Shown in pieces: positions 40,440 through 49,947 of a DNA stretch of 64,000 nt (position 1 is the stretch's first letter; every line of letters begins with the position of its first letter). Under the pieces are notes generated by a model. It worked only from the letters and a program-made list of their open reading frames with translations, did no database searches and was not told the origin of the DNA. Origin of the DNA: Desulfurococcaceae archaeon (GTDB taxonomy: Archaea > Thermoproteota > Thermoprotei_A > Sulfolobales > Desulfurococcaceae); assembly GCA_038888155.1 (NCBI GenBank), contig JAWAJB010000002.1:242331-306330 (forward strand). Direction: 5' to 3'. The position numbers were made by a program, and so were the translations under genes.

Positions 40440-40636
40440 CCTAACACCTTAATCAGATAAATATTAAGAGGACGAACTTAAAAAGTCGCTCTAGGATTTC
40501 CATTTTTAATTACTTTAGGGGGTTAAATAGAAGTAGAGAAAGGGCTTGGTAAATCTACTTTCTTGCCCAGTACTCCCTTTTGATAGTCGACCTAAATCCC
40601 ACAATGATTGTAGCTGATTATGTGCCCGATCAACAA

Positions 40637-41524
40637 CTATTCAACTCGCGTACGAGGGTTTAACAGATCTGTCAACACATCCCCCAATAGATTCAAGCTT
40701 AGAACAGTTAGTACTAAAAATGCCCCAGGAAACGCGATTATCCAGGGTGCGATGAACAGGTATCGCCAGCCTTCTGACATAATAACGCCCCATTCTGGTG
40801 TTGGGGGTTGAAGTCCCAATCCAATAAAGCTTAGGGCTGCGCTAACCCTCATTGCATCCGGCACTGTTAGCACGAACAGAACAATTATGTCGGGGAAGAG
40901 ATTCGGCAGCAAGTGTTTAAACATTACTGAGAGGGAATTCATTCCAAGAGCTTTTATGTACTTAATAAATGCCATCTCTCTAAGAACCATTGTTTTAGCT
41001 CTAGTTACCCTGGCAAATGGTATCCACATGAGTAGTGCAAGAACTAATATTAAGTTCAATAATCCTGGACCCAAGGTAGCAGCTAAAGCTAATGCAATTA
41101 CGATTGTGGGAAAAGACCAAATGGCCTCGGTTATCTTGCCTATAATGATATCTGATAGACCGCCCATATACCCAGATATTAAGCCCAATAAAACTCCTAT
41201 GGTAGTTGTGCAGACAGATATTGTCAAGCTAAGGAGCAGGGTTATACGACTTCCATATATAACCCTAGAGAAGACGTCCCGCCCTAGGCCATCTGTTCCA
41301 AATAAATGCTTTGAACTAGGTGGTTGCAATCGCCGGGATATGTCCTGATCATTATAATGGTAAGGAGCCAGAATATCTGCAGCAATTGATAACATAATAA
41401 TACTAGCTAGTGTAATTATCCCAATCAGGCCTTTCCTATTTTTTAACAACAACATAGCCACACTCTCACTTTGACTTAAGCTTTTTTTATAGTTCTTCTG
41501 CTTTTGAGCAGCTAATTGTAGCAC
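40637..41524 (-). CDS. ABC peptide permease DppC/OppC
   Basis: HLFGTDGLGRDVFSRVIYGSR, LSFIGLG, PEWG. Confidence 0.92.
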   Translation of the reverse strand: MLQLAAQKQKNYKKSLSQSESVAMLLLKNRKGLIGIITLASIIMLSIAADILAPYHYNDQDISRRLQPPSSKHLFGTDGLGRDVFSRVIYGSRITLLLSLTISVCTTTIGVLLGLISGYMGGLSDIIIGKITEAIWSFPTIVIALALAATLGPGLLNLILVLALLMWIPFARVTRAKTMVLREMAFIKYIKALGMNSLSVMFKHLLPNLFPDIIVLFVLTVPDAMRVSAALSFIGLGLQPPTPEWGVIMSEGWRYLFIAPWIIAFPGAFLVLTVLSLNLLGDVLTDLLNPRTRVE

Positions 41525-41528
41525 AATA

Positions 41529-42452
41529 TCACCCGACTCTTAGCCTTGGATCTAATACTGCCATCAACAGATCGCCGAGTACATTACAGATGATAACCAA
41601 GACTGTAATTACGAACGTTACTGCCTGTACCACCGGAAAGTCCGATTTATATATTGATACTACGAGCAATGACCCTAGTCCAGGCCAGCCAAATATGTAC
41701 TCTGTTACTACTGCCCCTCCTAAAAGCCAGGGCACATTCAAAATAGCAAGCGCCACAATAGGCAGTAATGCATTTTTCATGGCGTGTCGAACTATTACTA
41801 GCCGTTCCCTCAATCCCTTTGCTCTAGCTGTCCTTATGTAGTCCTGTTGAAAAACTTCGATCATGTTTGCGCGAGTTAGCTTAGCATAACCTGCGGACAT
41901 AGGCACCACCAATGATAACACGGGAAGCCACAGTCTCGATGATAGATCTTGAGCAGTTGTAGAGTATAATTTAAGCCATGCCCCGAAAACCCAGAGAAAC
42001 ATGATAGCCAACCAGAAGTAAGGTATCGAAAAAAAGAACACAATGATCGAGCTAATAATTGTGTCAAGCTTAGTGGAGTGTTTAATTGCCATCAGTATAC
42101 CAAGTAGTACTCCAGTGCCAAGCGATATTAAGAAAGCGGTGCCAGTAAGTAGGATTGTTGGAGCAATTCGCTCGCGTAACAACATGGATACAGGGAGCCT
42201 ATTAACATATGAAAATCCAAACTCTCCTCTTAGGACCCTAGAAAACCACGTAATGTACTGAACAATAAACGGTTGATCAAGACCAAGTTCTTTTCTAAGC
42301 GATTCTATTAGCTCGGGCGTTGCCCACTCCCTGAGAATAATCCTTACAGGATCTCCAGAAATGTACATTAGCGCAAATACTAAGAAGGTAACTCCAATAA
42401 GGACTGGAAACGACGCAAGTAACTTTTTGGCTATATAAGTTGCTAAACTCAT
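41529..42452 (-). CDS. ABC peptide permease DppB/OppB
   Basis: LGLDQP, GEFGFS, DYIRTARAKGL, FGWPGLG, DPRLR; ATG 42452 after GGAGAGG. Confidence 0.92.
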   Translation of the reverse strand: MSLATYIAKKLLASFPVLIGVTFLVFALMYISGDPVRIILREWATPELIESLRKELGLDQPFIVQYITWFSRVLRGEFGFSYVNRLPVSMLLRERIAPTILLTGTAFLISLGTGVLLGILMAIKHSTKLDTIISSIIVFFFSIPYFWLAIMFLWVFGAWLKLYSTTAQDLSSRLWLPVLSLVVPMSAGYAKLTRANMIEVFQQDYIRTARAKGLRERLVIVRHAMKNALLPIVALAILNVPWLLGGAVVTEYIFGWPGLGSLLVVSIYKSDFPVVQAVTFVITVLVIICNVLGDLLMAVLDPRLRVG

Positions 42453-42801
42453 GCCTTTATGTCCTCTCCAATGTGTTGTCCCACAAAATGATTTTAGATT
42501 GTACCACACCTAAAAAGCGTTTTATTGCTTTTTGCTGCTAAACCAAGTATTTCCTATCAATTAATGGTTATGCCCAGCAATCTACACTTTAATTCTTTAC
42601 ATGAGGACCTTCGCTATAAATAAGCTATAAGCTTATCATATTGAGGCGGAACCCTGGTTATCACTACAATGTTATGCTACGAAATCACTTATACGAACGG
42701 TTTTCCAGGTTCGCAGTATCATCTTGCATCACTTAGTCAGATGAAAAAGTTTATAATTTCTCATTCCCACACATTATATAGATGGAGGTAGATGGCGATT
42801 T

Positions 42802-44050
42802 TTGTATTTCAAACAGCTACTTCCTGTGATCGCCGCTATTTTACTCTTCTTGCTGGTGATAATGAGTTTTAGCATATTTCAAGCGCGTGTGTTGCGGCTG
42901 GATATAGTAGTACTTGAACTCGTACTACCACCTGATCTTAAAGAAAAGGCTTACGTCTATGTATCGCTGATGTACCCTGAGGGACTTAGACAGGTGGGTA
43001 AAATTGTTGTAGACCCGGAAAAAGCACTTTCAGAAAAAATGCGTTTAGACCTTAAAGACCTCAGAGAAGCCTGGGAGAGAGCGTGAGAGAAGAGGGGTCT
43101 TTGCAGAACCGCTTATCATAGTAACTGGGTTTACGAGGTCTGGTGGGGTCTTCGCGTACGAGGTTGAAGTATTCTGGGAGGAACTACCAAGGAGTGTTAA
43201 ACTAATACTAACACCATTAAGAGGCGTTAACGTGACTAGAAAACAGGAGGTAACATCTGAATTCATGTCCGTAGAAGAAGAGTTAGAACCGTTGAATGGT
43301 TGCTGGGAGGTTAGGTACAAGGTTGATGAGTACGAGTGGACAGCACCTACCGTGGTCACGAAAGTTTCACCAGATAGCATAACGTGGGGAACTGTAGCTT
43401 ACGGTTATTTCATTAATCGTCAAATAGAATTCAGAGTTAGTGTTTTCATTGAGTCTCAGTGGACTAGTGCAGGATTCTTCATAGTAAACAAAAACTCCGC
43501 TGGTAGCCATGGTGCTGACTTTCTTCCAGGACAAGAGTACTATGTTTGGATGAACTTTAAGTATCGCTATGAGAAGTGGCGTGTTTACGGCAGATGCGAT
43601 TTAACAAGATTTGATTACTACGAAGAGTACGTCTACACAGCAGACTTCTATCCTGAGACGATCAGTGGCGGACCTACACCACCGGATGCGCAATTGCCAT
43701 CTGTAGACAGCTGGGTCTACGAGGGGAAGTATAATGCAACAAGCCCCTATATAGCATACTATTACTTTTCATATTCTAATTTTGGCTCAACTTCCTTTGC
43801 CATCGACGCTCTGAAGTTCATCAGCGTGCTGTCATTGATTGGTAAGATCTCATCAAGTGCAGCCACCGCGGCCACCATCATAGGTCTAATAATAAGCGTG
43901 AACTTTGTATACAATAACCAGTACTCCTTTTACTTTCACATATGGCTACGCTCAAACCCTGGAACAGTACATAGTGTCTATAGAGCGCTAACCTTAGACG
44001 ACCAGTCCGTGCCAGTACTATATATCGTATCGTACTGCGTTAGGATATGA
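42802..44050 (+). pseudogene. Secreted/surface orphan protein gene interrupted by a frameshift near 43072-43084
   Basis: ORF 42802-43086 (signal-peptide-like N-terminus) overlaps the +1 frame, which is open from 43049 to 44050 (RERRGVFAEPLIIVTGF...); junction lies in TGGGAGAGAGCGTGA. Confidence 0.7.
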
Positions 44051-44453
44051 ATATGCTGAACTAACTGATCCATGCTATACAGAATACGCTGAAAGAGAAA
44101 AAACTCCCGTAGTAACTTCTAGTAGTAAAAACGATCAAAATGTTACTACTAACGTAACATTAAGTAACAAATAATTACCTCTATTTTTTGATCACTCAAG
44201 TGTTTAATCCCCTTTCGGGATTTTGTTTGAAAAAGAAAGGAATATTGGCGATTTATTACGATTAATTTTTGTATTATAGTAACATGCTGTTCTATTTGGG
44301 TGTTACTATAATACAAAAATGTTACGGGTCAAGTGTGTGAAAGCGTTACTATGAATTTTCTATTGACCCAGGGGGACATGTTATATACACTAGGTTCTAG
44401 GAATAATTGTATATGTTTAGTAACAAATTGAACAATATTCTAACTCTACCTTC

Positions 44454-45197
44454 TTACCAGATAATTTCTTCGGGGGACCCCGTTAACGCATACCTATATA
44501 GTTTTAGCGTTAAAAACAGCCCCGCTAGGAACACTAGAAACTCTACAAGTAATAAAACCACGAAGTTACCAGTAAGTTGGTATAATGCTGCTAAAGTGTC
44601 AAGTACGCCATGTAGAAGAATGATTGTCAACAGCCCGGTCAACCTCTTGTTCTTTTTGATCATATCAACAATGAACAAAGAGCTTCCAATATGAAATAAC
44701 GTAGCTGAGAATCTTTCAAGCGCAGATACTAGTTGCATATATGTTGCTGTTGTGGGGACTTCCAAGCCAGACAACAATGTAGCCAGCATTCCTATTGCTC
44801 CGATATAAAGAGCCTCTGTGATGCCGAACCCTAAACCTAGATTCAATGCGTCTGTGTAATTTTTACTTTTTATAAATAAGTATTTGAATCCCGATTGAAC
44901 TAAGCCTGCTATGAATCCGAGCCATAGTGAGACTATAAAGATTGTTATAATGCCCCCCTGAGCAATGTATTTGTTCAACTCGGTAGGTCCCTCGACGAGG
45001 CGAGAGAATATCAAATAAAGAAAAGGAAGTTGCTGGGTTACGGACTGTATTGCAATAGAAATGAAAAATACTACAGTTCCTAGAAAGAGCTCTCCGGCTT
45101 TAAATTTCGTGAAGCCTATTAAGCGCAGAAATAATAGTGTTGATATGCCCCCGAACACAGTTAATAGAAATGTTAGCATACTAAGGTGCCCTGTCAT
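44454..45197 (-). CDS. YhfC family intramembrane glutamic-type protease homolog
   Basis: GLGFGITEA, ERFSATLFH, LLHGVLD; about 8 TM. Confidence 0.8.
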   Translation of the reverse strand: MTGHLSMLTFLLTVFGGISTLLFLRLIGFTKFKAGELFLGTVVFFISIAIQSVTQQLPFLYLIFSRLVEGPTELNKYIAQGGIITIFIVSLWLGFIAGLVQSGFKYLFIKSKNYTDALNLGLGFGITEALYIGAIGMLATLLSGLEVPTTATYMQLVSALERFSATLFHIGSSLFIVDMIKKNKRLTGLLTIILLHGVLDTLAALYQLTGNFVVLLLVEFLVFLAGLFLTLKLYRYALTGSPEEIIW

Positions 45198-45538
45198 GTT
45201 TCTCGAGATTTCTCCACTATAACCGCAGTGCCATAAGCGTATACTTCGGCAATGTGAGACCCAATGTTTGCTGTAGCAAACCGGAATCCTATTATAGCGT
45301 TAGCTCCCAAGGCTTTGGCTGACTGGATCATTCTCTTTAAAGCCTCTTCCCTAGCCTCTGCTAATAACTGGGTGTATTCTCTAACTTCACCGCCGGCTAT
45401 ATTTCGCAGTGCCGCCACTATGTCTCTCCCTAAGTGTGTAGCCTTTACTGTTCCTCCGCGAGCAATCCCCTTGATCTCCTTTATTCTATAACCTGGTATA
45501 CTATCTGTTGTTACAACCAATATAGCGTCTTGCTCCAT
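45194..45538 (-). CDS. YbjQ/UPF0145 family protein
   Basis: TTDSIPG, GRDIVAALRNIAGGEVREY, LGANAIIG, AYGTAV. Confidence 0.92.
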   Translation of the reverse strand: MEQDAILVVTTDSIPGYRIKEIKGIARGGTVKATHLGRDIVAALRNIAGGEVREYTQLLAEAREEALKRMIQSAKALGANAIIGFRFATANIGSHIAEVYAYGTAVIVEKSRET

Positions 45539-45669
45539 AAATATTGTCCCATGTTCTAATACTTGACTCCCTATTAAATCTTTATGTTACAAAATGTAGC
45601 TAAGATTTCAAGAAGACCTTTAGATTCAGGCATGAGGAGAAAAGAAAAAACTGAAAATGTTAAAAATAG

Positions 45670-47136
45670 CTACATAGTCCTCCAGGGTTCAGCCGCCATC
45701 TCTTCTTTTAGCTCTCCTTTCTTGGCTTTTGATTCATATTCTTTCAATAGTTTGCCAGCCGCGGGTGCCAATAATATCACTGAAATGAGGTTGGGATATA
45801 GTGCCAATCCAGTCATTAAATCCGCTGTTACCCAAACCTCTGCAGGTGTGTAGCCAGAGAGGAAGAAATAGCTAGCTAGGGCAACTGATGGCCAATAGTA
45901 TATTATCAACATATATGCTTTCACGAACTTGTCAACCCTTGGTATAGGCCATTTGGCCTTGTACAACGTAAGGTATCTCAGCTGCGATACAGTTGAGACA
46001 GGGCCTGATATGTATGTAGTGTACATGAATAGGAATGTGGTGAAGAACAGCGGATAAACTGCGAACTCTCCCCACACTCTCTTGAACGCAGTCAATACGG
46101 CTGTGAATCCGCCTATGCCAGTCTTCCACTCGCCGCTTGAGGCGATTATTAATCCAGTAAATGTGCAGATAACAATCGTGTCTATGAAAACATCGAGCGA
46201 GGATGGTGGTAACACGTCTCCAGGGTGCCTTAGCCCCTTTGCAGTTGCGTAGTAGTGTGGCGAAGTTCCCCAACCTGCCTCGTTGCTGTAGACAGCTCTC
46301 GCTACCCCTACCCTTACAGTGTGGAAAACTGATGCACCGGCGAAGCCGCCAACAATGGCAGGGGCTGGGTTGAATGCATAGTAGAAAATGTCACTGATAC
46401 CTTGAGGTATGTTAGATGCATAGTTCACTAAAACAGCTGAGCCCATTATAACGTACAATATTAGCATGAATGGGACTGCAGCAGAACAGAAGGCTGCAAC
46501 ACCGCGTATCTCAAAGTACCAGATAAAGGCAGCTATTGCAGTTATTATCACCTCAAACGCTATAACTTGTTCGGGTGTCAAGAATGGGAATGTTGCCTGC
46601 GTCATCTCCAAGATTGTGTACGCATATGTCGGGAACAACACACTAATCAGGAAGCTTATCACGAAAGTGCCCACTAGTATATATATTATCTTCTTAGGTA
46701 TTCTATATACTTTCTCTAAGTACTCCATGTACCACGTTGGTCCTCCATATGTTCTTCCATCGGGTAGGACCATTCTCGTATATGCCGCTAGCGTACACTC
46801 AGCCGGTTTAAGGCCCATGCCCGTAAGTGCGGCTAACCACATCCAGAATATTGCACCAGGACCGCCGCTAGCCATTGCGCTTGATACTCCTGCAATGTTG
46901 CCTAATCCAACAACACAGCCGATTGTAGTAAAGAATGCGCTAAGCCTAGATATAATTCCGAGACCAGTTGTTCCTCTGCGACCAAGCAACTCTTTCCAAT
47001 TGTACGAGAACATCCTAAATTGAATGAATTTGTGAAAGATTCCTGCTATAATGCCTGCACCGAACAATAGGAATGGCAAGAAGGGGTTCCATATGATCTC
47101 ATAGGCTATATACTGATATATCTCGAGCAAAGTCAT
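45670..47136 (-). CDS. Sodium:alanine/glycine symporter (AGCS family)
   Basis: VGLGNIAGV, GGPGAIFWMW, GGPTWY, SNEAGWG, FIDTIVICTFT. Confidence 0.92.
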   Translation of the reverse strand: MTLLEIYQYIAYEIIWNPFLPFLLFGAGIIAGIFHKFIQFRMFSYNWKELLGRRGTTGLGIISRLSAFFTTIGCVVGLGNIAGVSSAMASGGPGAIFWMWLAALTGMGLKPAECTLAAYTRMVLPDGRTYGGPTWYMEYLEKVYRIPKKIIYILVGTFVISFLISVLFPTYAYTILEMTQATFPFLTPEQVIAFEVIITAIAAFIWYFEIRGVAAFCSAAVPFMLILYVIMGSAVLVNYASNIPQGISDIFYYAFNPAPAIVGGFAGASVFHTVRVGVARAVYSNEAGWGTSPHYYATAKGLRHPGDVLPPSSLDVFIDTIVICTFTGLIIASSGEWKTGIGGFTAVLTAFKRVWGEFAVYPLFFTTFLFMYTTYISGPVSTVSQLRYLTLYKAKWPIPRVDKFVKAYMLIIYYWPSVALASYFFLSGYTPAEVWVTADLMTGLALYPNLISVILLAPAAGKLLKEYESKAKKGELKEEMAAEPWRTM

Positions 47137-47444
47137 ATGTACTTACCCCCTACATAAAGTAAACTTTGTATGGGGAGGGTTAAAAACTTTTCTCTTTTGT
47201 TCTTGACAATTTTTAGCTTGTGTTTAAGGTGAAAAATTAACTGGACTTTTCAATGAAATTGTTGCCAATTTTGACTTTTGAACGAGAGACCGTGGCTCGT
47301 TTCCCGCTGAGTTCATTCAGTTTAGGTTTAATTGGTCATGGAATGGAGAATTTTTGACATAAGGAGGAAAATCGTCACATTAATTAATATTCTGAAGAGC
47401 ATAAATTTTTATATTTGGCACACGTTAGGATAATGAGGGGTTAA

Positions 47445-49028
47445 ATGAGGAATATAGGATTTATTAATGGAAAGATCTACATATCTTTTAAGCCGCTGAA
47501 AACTGCTGATGGACTCTTTGCCTCTCATGGAAGAGTTGTCTACTGCGGCTCTAGTGATGTAGTTAAGCAATTAGTTAGCGCTCTGGGAGGTGAGATCATA
47601 GACTTAAACAATAAAGTAGCAATGCCTGGTTTCATTGATGCACATCTTCATGCTGAGTCTCTTGGTCTATCCCTCGCAACACTTGATTTACGTGGAGTAA
47701 GAAGCATAAGGGAACTCAAAGAAAGACTTAGAGAATTTGCGGAAAAAGCTAAAACGGAATGGGTTATCGGTCGTGGATGGGATCAAGAACTATTCGAGGA
47801 AAAGAGATGGCCAAACAGGTGGGACTTGGATGAGGTTATTAAAGATAGACCAGTTATATTGGTTAGAGTATGCGGTCATGCTGCAGTTCTTAACACCCGA
47901 GGCTTAGAGTTAACCGGTTTGATAGGCAGCCGACAAAAGGAAGTAATGAGGGATTCCAGTGGCGAGGCCACTGGCGTGGTTTTTGAGAGTGCAGCTGAGA
48001 TCGCGAGGGCTAAATCTTTAGAATCGCTCAGTGAAGAGGATTATGCACATTTCCTCAAAGTAGCTCAAGATCATCTCTTATCACAAGGCGTAACGGCAGT
48101 TGGATATGTTAGTTGTGGATTAAAGCCCCTTAAAGCGCTACTAAGTTTGTGGAGTAAGAATGAGCTAAGAGTGAGGTTCAGGGTATACTTGAATCACATT
48201 GATAATGATGTTGATGTTGTTAATTTAGTGAGACGCCTAGGCATGAAACTCGGTTTTGGTGATCCCTACCTAAGAGTGATGGGCATAAAGGTTATAGCAG
48301 ACGGAGGACTTGGTGCAAGAACCGCATGGCTATCAGAACCATATGAAGATAGCCCCTCTACAAGTGGCTATCCTGTTGTAGATAGGGATATCTTGACTAA
48401 AGTAGCGAAGCTAGTTGATGAAGCGGGTCTGCAAATGTCAATACATGCTATAGGAGATAAAACCGTGGAGATGGCCTTGGACATCTATAAAGATCTTCCT
48501 CTTACAAAGAAGTTGAGACATAGAATAGACCATGTTTCTCTACTAAGAGACGATCAACTCAAAGAAATGTCTAATATAGGAGCAGTAGCTGTAGTCCAAC
48601 CGCACTTTATTATAACGGATTGGTGGGCCGCCAACAGAGTGGGCACAAGGAGAACGGGGTGGCTTTATAGGTTCAAATCAATGATCGAGGCAGGTATACC
48701 TGTTGCGTTCTCGACCGATGCTCCCGTTGAGCCTGTTAATCCGTGGAGAACTGTTTATGCAGCTGTAACAAGAGGGAAATACGATAATGTTCCATATTAT
48801 GGGCCTACAAAACATGAAGTATTTAATATTACAGAGGCTCTGCATGCATACACGGTTGGTTCAGCATATGCGATTCACGAAGAGAGAGAATTGGGCTCCC
48901 TTATGCCTGGTTCATTTGCGGACCTCATCATATTAGATAGAGACCCGCTTGCCGTTCCAGAAAATGAACTGAAAGAGGTTAAAGTGATAGCCACTTATAT
49001 AGGGGGCTCGAAGGTTTGGCCTGCATAA
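47445..49028 (+). CDS. YtcJ-like amidohydrolase 3 family protein
   Basis: PGFIDAHLH, GRGWD, CGHA, KVIADG, HAIGD, RIDH, STDAPV. Confidence 0.92.
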   Translation: MRNIGFINGKIYISFKPLKTADGLFASHGRVVYCGSSDVVKQLVSALGGEIIDLNNKVAMPGFIDAHLHAESLGLSLATLDLRGVRSIRELKERLREFAEKAKTEWVIGRGWDQELFEEKRWPNRWDLDEVIKDRPVILVRVCGHAAVLNTRGLELTGLIGSRQKEVMRDSSGEATGVVFESAAEIARAKSLESLSEEDYAHFLKVAQDHLLSQGVTAVGYVSCGLKPLKALLSLWSKNELRVRFRVYLNHIDNDVDVVNLVRRLGMKLGFGDPYLRVMGIKVIADGGLGARTAWLSEPYEDSPSTSGYPVVDRDILTKVAKLVDEAGLQMSIHAIGDKTVEMALDIYKDLPLTKKLRHRIDHVSLLRDDQLKEMSNIGAVAVVQPHFIITDWWAANRVGTRRTGWLYRFKSMIEAGIPVAFSTDAPVEPVNPWRTVYAAVTRGKYDNVPYYGPTKHEVFNITEALHAYTVGSAYAIHEERELGSLMPGSFADLIILDRDPLAVPENELKEVKVIATYIGGSKVWPA

Positions 49029-49430
49029 GAACACATGCAGCTGATCTTTAGAATTCAAAGCCAGTGGAAGGCTCACCAAATTAGAAATTTTTTCCAAATG
49101 GGTTATTATTTTCTAAGTTAACAATATTAAACATTCTAAGATTGATTGCACTTGTATACTTTAGTCATAATTAAGTATCCTAACAAAAAGTAATGTCCAC
49201 GGTCATGATAATGGGTATGGTCCTCGTTGCTCAGAGCTATCAATTAATTATAAGCTTAGGATATAGGTAGTCAAGAAAAAGTTTATGAAGTGAGGGGTGA
49301 TAAATCAAAGATTGTTCGATGGAAATTAGGGCTTATTAATATTGATCTCGTGCTGTTTTAAGTAGGGCGTCTATTTATATTGAAACTGGCAACTTCGACA
49401 TCAAAAATACCGTAGAAAACATCTAATCGC

Positions 49431-49937
49431 TCAACTTCTAATTAAACTCAACTCGACCTTATCGTACGGCGGCTTAACTGTCACTGAGTAAGTTTTAGGT
49501 CCCATATTTACTAGAAATAATCCCTGACTATCTTCTAATACCTCTACTTCCTTTTCTGCACCCTTAACCTTTAATTTCAGTTTGCCGCCAAAAAATATGC
49601 CACTGGATGGAATTACTCTCGCCAGTATAGGCAGCTGGCCAATTACTGCTGATCTCATCAAAGCTTTTAATTTAAACTCGAGAAAAGCTAGAACTGCTGC
49701 GGTTATTATAGCAGCCTCCTCTTGTTCTATTGTCTCCTTAATTGCCTCACCAGAAGTCTTCGCCGAAGTTTTCTGCTGAGTTTCTTCTGTTTCTTTCCGC
49801 TTCGCTATTGGACAAAGCCTGACAATAGCTGTAGTTGTCAAGCTTAACAACGAAAGCACAGAGAACACAGCAATAATCCCAAGAAGCGCTATAACTACTA
49901 TGTAATTCCCCGAATCTTGCAACAGATCTTGGAACAT
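49431..49937 (-). CDS. oadG: OadG-like gamma/delta subunit of a Na+-translocating decarboxylase, with C-terminal extension
   Basis: GIIAVFSVLSLL TM, linker, AAIITAAVLAF helix; directly downstream of oadB. Confidence 0.75.
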   Translation of the reverse strand: MFQDLLQDSGNYIVVIALLGIIAVFSVLSLLSLTTTAIVRLCPIAKRKETEETQQKTSAKTSGEAIKETIEQEEAAIITAAVLAFLEFKLKALMRSAVIGQLPILARVIPSSGIFFGGKLKLKVKGAEKEVEVLEDSQGLFLVNMGPKTYSVTVKPPYDKVELSLIRS

Positions 49938-49947
49938 AATCCCACCG

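Noticed and set aside
43084-43167. Selenocysteine/readthrough at TGA 43084
   Set aside because: The same frame stops again after 26 codons; the continuation is in the +1 frame, so a frameshift explains it
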